The position numbers and the translations under genes were made by a program. Positions 27,766 to 37,690 of a DNA stretch of 64,000 nucleotides are shown here, piece by piece (the first letter of the stretch is position 1; each line of letters starts with the position of its first letter). The DNA comes from Patescibacteria group bacterium. GTDB lineage: Bacteria > Patescibacteriota > Minisyncoccia > Phycocordibacterales > UBA9973. Under the pieces are notes generated by a model. It did not search any database, had not been told where the DNA came from, and saw only the letters and a program-made list of their open reading frames with translations. The stretch lies in contig JAGWLB010000001.1 in NCBI GenBank assembly GCA_028865035.1, forward strand, positions 6,673 through 70,672, given 5' to 3'.

Positions 27766-29934
27766 ATGAAGGGATTTACTAGAAAAAGAATATTATCGAT
27801 AGTGATAATTACAGCTATGCTTTCTACGCAAGTTGTTTTGCCTTTGCAAGCCAACGCTGGCACATTCTTAAACTATCATAATACAAACCCTTTCCCTGTT
27901 CCTAAATTATCATTAAGAGCCATAACTCCAGGGTTGCTTACATCAGTAGTAAGTTGTACTGGCATTACAAATAAAGCTGCATCAAAATTAATACAATTAC
28001 ACGATGCAATAAAAAAAGAAACCGACAAGCTACTAACTGGCATAAAAACTGATATTAAAAACCTTTTAATGAGTAACGCAAAAAAAATAGCACTTGAGAA
28101 ACAAGTTGCCGCAGTAAAAAGAAAAGCATTAGAAGCACTTGCAGCAACAAATGCAGGAGCGGGTGGCTCTATTTTAGGAGTTAAGGTAGGCGATGTAGTA
28201 CCATCTCTTGTTAATATAGGTATAGACGATTTATCAAAAGCACAAACTATAAACGTAAATGACAATGGTACCCATACAGCTGTTAGTAACACACAAACTA
28301 ATGCTGTGAATATAGCGAGTGCAGCTGATTCTCAACAACAATCAAAAGACTGTTTAAACGGTATTGCAAATGCTCTTATTAAAAGTCAGTTACAAAATAT
28401 GACAGAGCAAACAATGAACTGGGTGAATAGCGGATTTGGTGGCGACCCTATGTATGTGACAGATGTTAACTCGTTTATGAACGGTATAACTGATCAAATT
28501 CTATTGAAAGAAACAAGTTTGTTTAAGAACCCACTAACTAACGGCGACTATCCATACGGTCGCAACTTTGCACAAGGAGCAATTAACGGCAACCAGGCAT
28601 TGAATAATTTCCAGGATTCAATGAAGCAAGATCTTACAAGCTATCTTACTCCTGGGTCTACTCCCCAGACTTTCGCTACTGATTTCTCTCAAGGTGGATG
28701 GGATGGGTGGCTAGCTTTAACACAACATCCACAGAATAACCCGCTAGGTTTTACAATTAATGAAACACAACACATAGCTGATTTACAAAATACTCAGGTA
28801 AAAAATACAACTGATGAGATAAACCGCAACAGTGGCTACCTTGATCAAAAGAAATGTGTCCAGTGGGAGAATCTTGATAAAAGTGGAGAGGGTATACAAA
28901 CCACATCTGACACTGGTAAAAACCAAGATGGAGTCTTAAGGCCTGGCGATGTGACACAGACTGACTTGTGTATCAAATGGCAGACAATAACTCCAGGAAG
29001 TAATATAAAAACTAAAATTGATACTTATGTAAACACTCCTGAGCGTCAGATTGAACTCGCAAGAACTATGGATGATGCTTTGAATGCACTTTTTACAGCT
29101 CTTTTGGGTCAATTCCAAAAACAAGGTTTATACGGATTACAGTCTACTGATAATGCTGGTGTTAATAATGCCAATGGCGGTGGATTTGGTGTTAATCAGG
29201 TTTTTGATAGTAACGGTAACAGTCTGACTCCTATACGAACTTTTAGCGGAAATAGTGGTTTCACTTCTGGAGATGGATTCTTTGACCTCACAAAAGACTT
29301 AGGTAACACTTATAATCCTTTATCTACAACAAGTAATTGGATAATAGATAGCAAAGGCGTCCTACAAATTCAGTACGATTACCTAAACTTATTAAACAAA
29401 TCAAAGACAATTATGGATCAAGTTATGCCTGCTTTAGGAAAGCTTGATTACTGTATCCCAGGACCAAATCCAGATTGGAATAATATTTCTCAAGATGCAA
29501 TAAGTGCTTATATTGACTCAGTGAGTACAGGAACAACAACGCCACCTATCGACTTGGGTACTCTAGATAAAACTCTAGCAGATTACGGAACGCAAATAGA
29601 TAATACATATGGTCCTAATAGTCCTATGCAAAGCGGTGGCACTGGTAATACAAATTATCTAAAAATGTCATCTGAGGGTCTTAATATTACAAAAGATATG
29701 GGAACATATGCTGACACAATATCATCAGCAGAAGGCGACTTCAGTAGCTCACTTGCGGAAGCAAATTCAAATATTGCAAAGCTAAATATTATAAAAGATA
29801 AAGTAAATGCGATAATCATTGCTGCTCAGAAACGCCGTGCTGCTAAGAGAATACAGAGTGGCCTACCAAACGTATCGTCGGCTTGTTTAATATCAGAAAG
29901 AGTAACATATCTGGATAACGGTGTAATTAAATAA
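27766..29934 (+). CDS. Large secreted hypothetical protein (722 aa)
   Basis: Signal peptide MKGFTRKRILSIVIITAMLSTQVVLPLQANA; Gly/Asn/Thr-rich; no known domain. Confidence 0.55.
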   Translation: MKGFTRKRILSIVIITAMLSTQVVLPLQANAGTFLNYHNTNPFPVPKLSLRAITPGLLTSVVSCTGITNKAASKLIQLHDAIKKETDKLLTGIKTDIKNLLMSNAKKIALEKQVAAVKRKALEALAATNAGAGGSILGVKVGDVVPSLVNIGIDDLSKAQTINVNDNGTHTAVSNTQTNAVNIASAADSQQQSKDCLNGIANALIKSQLQNMTEQTMNWVNSGFGGDPMYVTDVNSFMNGITDQILLKETSLFKNPLTNGDYPYGRNFAQGAINGNQALNNFQDSMKQDLTSYLTPGSTPQTFATDFSQGGWDGWLALTQHPQNNPLGFTINETQHIADLQNTQVKNTTDEINRNSGYLDQKKCVQWENLDKSGEGIQTTSDTGKNQDGVLRPGDVTQTDLCIKWQTITPGSNIKTKIDTYVNTPERQIELARTMDDALNALFTALLGQFQKQGLYGLQSTDNAGVNNANGGGFGVNQVFDSNGNSLTPIRTFSGNSGFTSGDGFFDLTKDLGNTYNPLSTTSNWIIDSKGVLQIQYDYLNLLNKSKTIMDQVMPALGKLDYCIPGPNPDWNNISQDAISAYIDSVSTGTTTPPIDLGTLDKTLADYGTQIDNTYGPNSPMQSGGTGNTNYLKMSSEGLNITKDMGTYADTISSAEGDFSSSLAEANSNIAKLNIIKDKVNAIIIAAQKRRAAKRIQSGLPNVSSACLISERVTYLDNGVIK

Positions 29935-29938
29935 TTAT

Positions 29939-30874
29939 ATGGAACATAATAAACCTAAAAAAAGCAAAGCATTCATTATAACTTTTATAGCAGTTATGAT
30001 TCTTCTGCTGGTAGGATATTTTATTTTCTTAAATAGTAATAAACTTTTTGGAACAAAAAATTCGACAAGTATTAGCAAGATTTTTGCACCGCTACTAGGT
30101 ACTTCAAAACAAAAAACACTAAATACTATCGATAATAGTGGTAATACTTCACAAAATTCAAATTCTGCTAACACAAACAATGGTAATACTAATCCGACTA
30201 CTAGTACAAATGGGAATAGTAACACCAACCCAGTAACTGGAATAAGTGACGGTAATACAAATACTAGTAATCAAACTCTTGATGCAAACGGGAATCCTAT
30301 ATCTGTTGGTGGATTAAATGGGTCCAACAATATTGGGTCAGGAAGTCCAGGGAGTATTGATGGTTCTATCGGAGCAAACGGAAATATAAATAACAGCACA
30401 CTTAACTCTACTCCATCATTAAATCCTTTACCTACGCCAGGGAGTAATCCAGCATTAGCTAGCTCGACACCATCTCCGATCTCAACATCTATACCTAGCT
30501 CTACACCTAGTGTTGCATCAGCAACAATATCAACAACAAACGGCAATCTTTGCCCTGTAGATGATCCTTTAGTTTTTACAGATTCAGAGAAAGCTCAGCT
30601 AGATGAATTACTAAAAGAATATTATCTTATCTCTCCTACACTAAAAACTGCTGACGATATATCAGTGTTACAGGATGATATATCTACAAACCAAGCATTA
30701 GTAGATCAAGCAAATCAACTTACAAATGAATGCCAAGCAGAGAAATCGGACCCTAGTTATACTGGCCCTCAGGTTACGAAGAACAATCCTTACTACAGCG
30801 ACCCAAGTAACACTGGAGCTACGCCCTATATACCAACCTACAGTCAACTAGAACAGTTATTTAATATTTGGTAA
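29939..30874 (+). CDS. Bitopic membrane protein with N/T/S/P-rich linker and Cys-containing C-terminal domain
   Basis: TM FIITFIAVMILLLVGYFIFL; ~150-aa low-complexity linker. Confidence 0.5.
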   Translation: MEHNKPKKSKAFIITFIAVMILLLVGYFIFLNSNKLFGTKNSTSISKIFAPLLGTSKQKTLNTIDNSGNTSQNSNSANTNNGNTNPTTSTNGNSNTNPVTGISDGNTNTSNQTLDANGNPISVGGLNGSNNIGSGSPGSIDGSIGANGNINNSTLNSTPSLNPLPTPGSNPALASSTPSPISTSIPSSTPSVASATISTTNGNLCPVDDPLVFTDSEKAQLDELLKEYYLISPTLKTADDISVLQDDISTNQALVDQANQLTNECQAEKSDPSYTGPQVTKNNPYYSDPSNTGATPYIPTYSQLEQLFNIW

Positions 30875-30886
30875 TTATTTATTATT

Positions 30887-33571
30887 GTGAAAAAATTTCT
30901 TCCCACTATATTCATACTTCTAATTATTGCGAATCTTTTCGCTCCTTTTAGTGTGAGTGTTGATAAAAATAATACACCAGTTGTAAAAGCATCTGTAGCT
31001 GAAGCAACGGACACAGTGGGTATTAAAATAAGCGGCCATATTTCTCATACCGATACTAATATAACTCCTTGGTTAACAGTGGTATGGTATTTGGGTGCTG
31101 ATAATAGTAAAGCTTCAGTATTATTACAAAAAGTTGGTTCAACTGATATAACAAAAGCAGATATAGATATGAAGACAGATGATGCTGCTACGCAGGCTTA
31201 TGATGCTAGCCACAACGGAGATCCATTACCTTATACAGTACAAACAGGTAATATTCCTTTATCAGTATTACCAAACACAACATATAATGTAACATTAGTT
31301 GCAACTCAAAATCTTACATTTTGGGGTCATCCTCTTTCGACTGTTTATAATGGTCTAACAGCTGGAAGTAATCACGATGCTGCATATTTATTGTTTACAA
31401 TCACTACCAATAATCAAGGAGATATAACAAAAGTAGACAGTGGTTTAAAAAATAGTTTAAGCATAGATGCGTACATGCCACCATGTAGTATTGTAGGTGG
31501 AAATGGAACAATAGCTGGTTGTGCAGCGCAACTTTTATATTACGTATTGTTTATTCCTACTTCTTACATATTTGCTCTAACAGGGCAAATGTTTGATTTT
31601 ACATTTTTCTATTCTGTAAAAGATACTTCATATCAATCTCCTTTTGTGTTAAATGGTTGGGGGATAATTCGTGATTTCTGTAATATGTTCTTTATATTCG
31701 TATTGTTGTATATCGCTTTTGCTACAATATTAGATATTCACGGATTTAAAACTAAAGAGATGATAATCAATGTAATTATTATTGGTTTACTCATAAACTT
31801 TAGCCTCTTCGCTGCTCAGCTTATTATTGATTCTTCAAATATTCTGGCTAGAGTATTCTACTCTGATCAAAGTGTTAAAATTACTCAAGGTGGGGCAAAT
31901 GGAGTAACAAACAATACCCCAAAATTGAAAGTTGGGCCAAATGGTGAACTACCATTATCTGCTGCGATAGTAAACAAAGTTAATCCTCAAAATTTAATAA
32001 TAAACGGAGTAAATAACGTAGGGGTAGACGATCCTGTTAGTAACAGCAACAGCATAAGTAACACAACCATAGGTGGAAGCAGTTTAAATGCTGGGGGATT
32101 CATTTTAATAGTGTTACTTGCGGTTGCGGTGAACGTGGTGGGAATAATAGTATTCGTATCTGTAAGTATGATATTTATAACAAGAGTAATTGGATTATGG
32201 ATGGCTATGGTATTTGCGCCCCTTGCATTCTTCTCTTATGCGGTACCAAAAATGAAAAGCATAGATATGATTGGTTGGGAAAAATGGTGGCCTGAGACTA
32301 TTAAGCTTGCGTTCCTTGCTCCAGTGTTTATGTTCTTCTTGTATCTCATTATTCAATTCTTAGATACAGGACTTAGCCTTATTAATATACAAGGTCAAAA
32401 CAACATAGCTTTTATAGTAGCAACGGTTGTTCCTTTTGCTTTTATTATGATATTACTCTGGAAAGCAAAAAGTATTGCTAGTGAGATGTCTGGTAAACTC
32501 GGCCAGACCATTACTGGAGGTATTGCAACAATTGGAGGACTTGCACTTGGCGGAGCAGCATTAGGTGTTGCCTTTTCAGGAAGAAAAATTATTGGGGAAA
32601 GAATAGCCGCTAGATCAAGGACAGCAGATTCTATTCATTACGGTAAAGAAAAAATTGCATTTAATAAAAAACTGGAGGATTGGGAAAAGAATGGTAAAAA
32701 AGGAGATAAACCTAAATGGAAAGATCATGCAAAAGCAAATAATGTTAAAACTAATCTTCTCACTAAACTTGGTGGTAATTTAAATGCAAAACAAACAAAA
32801 ATAAATGAGGTGGATCATGCTCGACATGAAATTGATACTATAAAAGATAAGGCGGGATTAAAAGGTGTTAATGACGATAATCTTTCAGGTGTAGATAAAC
32901 AAAAACTAGCTACAACATTTGCAAAAGAAAAGAAGACAGAAATAGAATCTGAAATAAGAAGAGGTACTAAACCTTTATTAGATGAAAATGGTAAAGAAGT
33001 TAAAGATGCAAACAATGAAGTTATAACGGGAGGTGAAAGTGGTTTCAAAGCTGCAAATAGAGATAGGGTCACAAAAGAAATCAGAGATGCAAGTAGTGAT
33101 AATATTCATACTGATGGAGGACTTACGGACGCAGCAAAGAAAAAAGTTGAAGATCAATTAAATGTACAATTTAATGCTATATTAAAAACTTCTACAGACA
33201 AAGAAACGGAAAAAAGATTTAATCATCTACAAGAAGAGTCTAAACAAAAAGTTGGTGGATTTGATAGAGTCTTTGCTCAATCAAATAAAGGTAGTTATGA
33301 TGTCAGAAATCTATCTCAAACAAAAGTAGATAAAAGAGAGAGAGCATTCACAAAGATGAGTGCTGGCTTAATAGCTGGTATTGCTATGGGGGTAAGAACT
33401 GGGCTTAAGCATAGTAATGTTAACCACGGATCTGGCCAAGGTGACTTCTTAAAAGATATAGGGAATACAATAACAGAGGCTCTTAAGAGTACAAAACTAA
33501 AAGTAGAAATTGAAAAAAGTCATGGAACTAGTGGTGGGGATGCTCATACCACAGGTGGTGGACATCATTAA
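30887..33571 (+). CDS. Giant polytopic membrane protein, VirB6/TrbL/PrgH-like (GTG start)
   Basis: Signal peptide, ~230-aa extracytoplasmic domain, at least 6 TM helices, and a ~330-aa charged cytoplasmic tail. The call rests on architecture and synteny next to PrgI/VirB4 homologs, not on motifs. Confidence 0.45.
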   Translation: MKKFLPTIFILLIIANLFAPFSVSVDKNNTPVVKASVAEATDTVGIKISGHISHTDTNITPWLTVVWYLGADNSKASVLLQKVGSTDITKADIDMKTDDAATQAYDASHNGDPLPYTVQTGNIPLSVLPNTTYNVTLVATQNLTFWGHPLSTVYNGLTAGSNHDAAYLLFTITTNNQGDITKVDSGLKNSLSIDAYMPPCSIVGGNGTIAGCAAQLLYYVLFIPTSYIFALTGQMFDFTFFYSVKDTSYQSPFVLNGWGIIRDFCNMFFIFVLLYIAFATILDIHGFKTKEMIINVIIIGLLINFSLFAAQLIIDSSNILARVFYSDQSVKITQGGANGVTNNTPKLKVGPNGELPLSAAIVNKVNPQNLIINGVNNVGVDDPVSNSNSISNTTIGGSSLNAGGFILIVLLAVAVNVVGIIVFVSVSMIFITRVIGLWMAMVFAPLAFFSYAVPKMKSIDMIGWEKWWPETIKLAFLAPVFMFFLYLIIQFLDTGLSLINIQGQNNIAFIVATVVPFAFIMILLWKAKSIASEMSGKLGQTITGGIATIGGLALGGAALGVAFSGRKIIGERIAARSRTADSIHYGKEKIAFNKKLEDWEKNGKKGDKPKWKDHAKANNVKTNLLTKLGGNLNAKQTKINEVDHARHEIDTIKDKAGLKGVNDDNLSGVDKQKLATTFAKEKKTEIESEIRRGTKPLLDENGKEVKDANNEVITGGESGFKAANRDRVTKEIRDASSDNIHTDGGLTDAAKKKVEDQLNVQFNAILKTSTDKETEKRFNHLQEESKQKVGGFDRVFAQSNKGSYDVRNLSQTKVDKRERAFTKMSAGLIAGIAMGVRTGLKHSNVNHGSGQGDFLKDIGNTITEALKSTKLKVEIEKSHGTSGGDAHTTGGGHH

Positions 33572-33581
33572 TATATAAATT

Positions 33582-34601
33582 ATGGATCAAACACAATTAC
33601 AACAGCAAATATCCTTATATTTCTCAAAGTTACCAACAAATGTTCAACAAGTATTTTCTAGTATGACTTGGATGGAAACCTTGAAAGAAATTAGTATTAA
33701 GTTCGGTCTTAATAATGATCAGATAGAAACACTAGGCACAGAGACGACTTTAGTACTACTTGGAATTGTTAGCATAACAGACTATGAACAGACTCTTGCT
33801 AAAGAAATAAATATGCCGCATATAACTTTAGAGAAAATGTTTATGGAAATAAACAATTCAATATTAAAGCCTATTAGCTCATCTCTAGATCAAACTTATA
33901 ATGAACATGTTGAGTCATTGATTGAAGAAAAGTATGGTGGTTTAGAAAAGCTTGATGAACGTTTCACTAAGCTTCCCAAAGAAGTTCAAGAAGCTATTAC
34001 TGAATCAGATTATCAATCTACTCTATATAGTATAGGAAGCAAATATAAACTTTCTGTTAGTCAGATGGGAGATCTAGAAGAGGTTACCAATGGTGTGCTT
34101 CTAGGTATTATTCATCCAGATAAATACGAAGATGAAATCAAATCAAAGTTAAGCTTGCCAGCAGATAAAACGACTGAGCTTGTAAATGAAATAAATGAAA
34201 ATATTCTTAAAAATATCCGTGAAATATTAAAGTCTCACTGGGGCAAACAAGAAGAGAATTTAAGTAATACAGACGATGAAGTTCCATTACCACCATACGC
34301 TAAAAGCGATATTGTAAAAGAAAGTTCCACGCCTGTTAGTATAACTACACCGATAAAAGAATCTATACCGGTTCCATCGCCTAATACGCAGGTGGAAATA
34401 AGCAAAGATGAAAGTACTGTGGATAAAGGGAAAATAGAAAAAGATATTTTTAGTAGTAAGTTAAGTGGCCCGACAGTAAGCAGGCCTGTTATTAGCGACC
34501 ATTCTTTACCTGAAAACAGTATTAAAAAAACGATAACTTCTTCGGGGAAAACAGATTTGGACAAACCAAGACCCGACCCTTATCACGAACCTATAGAATA
34601 G
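33582..34601 (+). CDS. Soluble protein with two tandem ~85-aa repeats and a disordered S/P/T-rich tail
   Basis: Repeat 1 starts LPTNVQQVF...VLLGIVSITDYEQ...EINNSILKPI; repeat 2 starts LPKEVQEAI...VLLGIIHPDKYED...EINENILKNI. Confidence 0.5.
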   Translation: MDQTQLQQQISLYFSKLPTNVQQVFSSMTWMETLKEISIKFGLNNDQIETLGTETTLVLLGIVSITDYEQTLAKEINMPHITLEKMFMEINNSILKPISSSLDQTYNEHVESLIEEKYGGLEKLDERFTKLPKEVQEAITESDYQSTLYSIGSKYKLSVSQMGDLEEVTNGVLLGIIHPDKYEDEIKSKLSLPADKTTELVNEINENILKNIREILKSHWGKQEENLSNTDDEVPLPPYAKSDIVKESSTPVSITTPIKESIPVPSPNTQVEISKDESTVDKGKIEKDIFSSKLSGPTVSRPVISDHSLPENSIKKTITSSGKTDLDKPRPDPYHEPIE

Positions 34602-34620
34602 TTTGTGATACAATATAAGT

Positions 34621-35028
34621 ATGCAATTTAAAGTCCCACAATTTATCGACATTGAAGATAAACTCTTTGGACCTTTTACTTTTCGTCAGTTTGCATATAT
34701 GGCAGGGGGAGTAAGTATGATATTTGTTATTTATAAATTATTACCACTTTGGATCGGTATTTTTCTAATAATACCAGTTGGAATCCTAACTGGCCTCTTA
34801 ACCTTTTATAAGATAAATGATAAACCATTTATCTATTACTTACAGGCTGCTGTAAATTATGCTATATCAAGCAAGCTTTATATCTGGAAGCAGCGCTTAG
34901 TAAAACCAAGCGATAAAAAGGATGGTGCAGAAACAGCTCCTGAAACAACTTCGATTGTACCTATGACATCGACAAGTACTTTAAAAGATTTGGCTTGGAG
35001 TCTGGATGTACAAGAGAAAGAACAGTAA
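34621..35028 (+). CDS. PrgI/VirB3-like small T4SS membrane protein
   Basis: KVPQFIDIEDKLFGPFTFRQFAYMAGG followed by two TM helices, as in PrgI and Tn916 Orf17-type proteins; sits immediately upstream of VirB4. Confidence 0.55.
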   Translation: MQFKVPQFIDIEDKLFGPFTFRQFAYMAGGVSMIFVIYKLLPLWIGIFLIIPVGILTGLLTFYKINDKPFIYYLQAAVNYAISSKLYIWKQRLVKPSDKKDGAETAPETTSIVPMTSTSTLKDLAWSLDVQEKEQ

Positions 35029-35133
35029 TTAGGAATTAATAATTACGAATAAAAGAAGAAAATGCTATAATTTGAGTATAATTATTTAATTACGTTATCT
35101 GATTAATAATTATTAACTCATAATTAATTTCAT

Positions 35134-35787
35134 ATGGCTATAAATGCTCGCGCTGCACAAGATTTTGTGCCAATAAAAGAAGTTCGTAATGGTGTCATCA
35201 TTCTTAAAGATGGTGGTCTTCGAGCTGTTCTTATAGCTTCGTCTATAAACCTGTCATTGAAGTCTTCTGAGGAGCAAACTGCTATTATTAATCAGTTTCA
35301 AGCATTTTTAAATGGCTTAGATTTCTCTACACAGATTGTTGTGCAATCTCGTAGGCTCGATATCAGGCCGTATCTTTTAATGCTTGAAGCTCGAGAAAAA
35401 GAACAAACGGAAAAACTACTTAAAATACAAACAAGGGAGTATATGGAATTCATACGTTCTTTTACAGATGAAGTGAATATTATGACTAAGACATTTTTTG
35501 TTGTTGTGCCTTATAGTCAGACAATCTTAAAATCAAATAATGGAATGATAGATAAATTACTAGGATCTACAACACCTAAAAAGCAAATAGAGAACACCAA
35601 AAAGGCTATGGATATGGCAGATTTTGAAGAAAAACGTAGTCAGTTAGATGAGCGTGTAAGCGTTATTATTTCAGGACTTGGTGGTCTCGGTATACGTAGC
35701 TCTCAATTAAAAACAGAAGAAGTGGTTGAACTTTTTTATAAAACATTTAATCCTGGTGATATCAGTCAGGGGATTAAACTACAATAA
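35134..35787 (+). CDS. VirB4/TraC-family N-terminal domain, encoded as a separate ORF
   Basis: FVPIKEVRNGVIILKDGGLRAVLIASSINLSLKSSEEQTAIINQFQAFLN resembles the N-terminus of Gram-positive VirB4 proteins; stop codon lies 1 nt before the next ATG. Confidence 0.6.
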   Translation: MAINARAAQDFVPIKEVRNGVIILKDGGLRAVLIASSINLSLKSSEEQTAIINQFQAFLNGLDFSTQIVVQSRRLDIRPYLLMLEAREKEQTEKLLKIQTREYMEFIRSFTDEVNIMTKTFFVVVPYSQTILKSNNGMIDKLLGSTTPKKQIENTKKAMDMADFEEKRSQLDERVSVIISGLGGLGIRSSQLKTEEVVELFYKTFNPGDISQGIKLQ

Positions 35788-35788
35788 T

Positions 35789-37651
35789 ATGGGAATTATT
35801 TCATCAATATTTGGTAGTAAGGGAGATAAGAATAGTACTAATCCAAAAAGTACAGTTATGCCTGTGATTCCTACGGAGATTTATAGAGCAGCAACTCTAG
35901 AACTTCAAGATATTATCGCACCTTCTGCTTTACAAATAACTCCGAAAGGTTTAAATCTTGGTGATAAAATTGTTAGAACTTTTTTTGTTATATCTTACCC
36001 TAGATATCTGACAGACAATTGGTTTTCTCCAATTATTAATCTGGATAAAGTTTTTGATGTATCAATTTTTATACATCCGATAGATACTTCTGAAATACTT
36101 CGTTCATTCCAGAAAAAAGTTGCTGAGGTTCAGAGTCAGATTTCTATTCGTGAATCTAAAGGGTTAGTTCGTGATCCAATGCTAGATACCGCTTATCGTG
36201 ATCTTGAAAGTTTGCGTGATAATTTAATGCAGGCTCAAGAGAAAATGTTTGATGTTGGTTTATATATTACAATCTATGCTGATAATGAAAACGATCTGTT
36301 TAAAATTGAAAGTGAAATAAAGTCTCTTCTTGAGTCTAAGCTTATCTATTTAAAACCAGCATTGTTCCAGCAAGACGAAGCTTTTAAGAGTGTTATTCCT
36401 CTTGGGACAGATATATTAGCCGTTCACCAGAAGCTCAACACTGAACCTCTTTCAAGTCTTTTCCCATTTGTATCGTTTGATCTCACGTCGGATAAAGGTA
36501 TTTTGTATGGTGTTAATCGTCACAACTCAAGTCTTATCATCTTTGATAGATTTTCATTACCAAACTATAATTCTATAACTTTTGCGACTTCTGGTGCTGG
36601 TAAATCTTACGCGACTAAACTTGAGATTATACGTACTTTGATGTTTGATACTGAAGTAATAGTCATAGACCCTGAAAGGGAATATGAATATTTGTCCGAA
36701 GCTGTAGGTGGGAGATATTTTAATATTGCACTTTCTTCAGATCACCATATTAATCCTTTTGATTTACCAATACCAACATCAGACGAAACTCCTGCTGATG
36801 TTTTGCGCGCCAATACTATAAACCTGGTTGGATTATTCCGTATAATGCTCGGCGGTCTTACTCCGGAAGAAGATTCTATAATAGACAGAGCAATAACCGA
36901 AACTTATGCTTTGAAAGATATTACTGCTGAGTCAAACTTTGCAAATATAGAACCTCCTCTTCTAATGGATTTTGAAATGGTTTTAGTTGGAATGGATGGA
37001 AGTGAGTCTCTGATTCAACGCTTAGCTAAGTTCACTCACGGTTCTTGGGCTTCTTTCTTGAATCAACCATCAAACGTAGATATTAACCGTAAATTCGTTG
37101 TCTTTTCTGTGCGTGATATGGAAGATGAATTAAAACCAGTAGCAATGTACATAGTCACTCATTATATATGGAATGCAATTCGTAAAAACATAAAAAAACG
37201 TTTACTTGTTGTCGATGAAGCTTGGTGGATGATGAAATCAGAAGACACTGCTTCTTTCTTATATTCTATAGCGAAACGTGGACGAAAATACTATTTAGGT
37301 CTTGCCACTATCACTCAAGATGTCGGAGACTTTATGAAAAGTCCATATGGTGTGCCGATAGTTACAAACTCATCTATCCAGTTATTATTAAAGCAATCTC
37401 CTTCGACTATAGATATTCTACAGAAAACCTTTAATCTTACCGATGAAGAAAAATACTTACTCTTAGAAGCTAATGTGGGCGAGGGAATCTTCTTTGCGGG
37501 ACTCAAACACGTGGCCGTCAAAACCATAGCTTCATATACAGAGGATCAAATAATTACTTCTGACCCATCTCAGATTTTAGCTATTAAAAAAGCAAAGGAT
37601 GATTTAGTAGAACAAGAAGCCAATCAAGATAAAAATCAGGCTAGTATTTAG
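35789..37651 (+). CDS. VirB4-like T4SS ATPase (ATPase domain)
   Basis: Walker A FATSGAGKSYATKLEI; Walker B LLVVDEAWWMM; TraC/VirB4 family organisation. Confidence 0.8.
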   Translation: MGIISSIFGSKGDKNSTNPKSTVMPVIPTEIYRAATLELQDIIAPSALQITPKGLNLGDKIVRTFFVISYPRYLTDNWFSPIINLDKVFDVSIFIHPIDTSEILRSFQKKVAEVQSQISIRESKGLVRDPMLDTAYRDLESLRDNLMQAQEKMFDVGLYITIYADNENDLFKIESEIKSLLESKLIYLKPALFQQDEAFKSVIPLGTDILAVHQKLNTEPLSSLFPFVSFDLTSDKGILYGVNRHNSSLIIFDRFSLPNYNSITFATSGAGKSYATKLEIIRTLMFDTEVIVIDPEREYEYLSEAVGGRYFNIALSSDHHINPFDLPIPTSDETPADVLRANTINLVGLFRIMLGGLTPEEDSIIDRAITETYALKDITAESNFANIEPPLLMDFEMVLVGMDGSESLIQRLAKFTHGSWASFLNQPSNVDINRKFVVFSVRDMEDELKPVAMYIVTHYIWNAIRKNIKKRLLVVDEAWWMMKSEDTASFLYSIAKRGRKYYLGLATITQDVGDFMKSPYGVPIVTNSSIQLLLKQSPSTIDILQKTFNLTDEEKYLLLEANVGEGIFFAGLKHVAVKTIASYTEDQIITSDPSQILAIKKAKDDLVEQEANQDKNQASI

Positions 37652-37690
37652 GTTGGCAAGCTCTTGTAGTTATCATATAATATATAGGTA

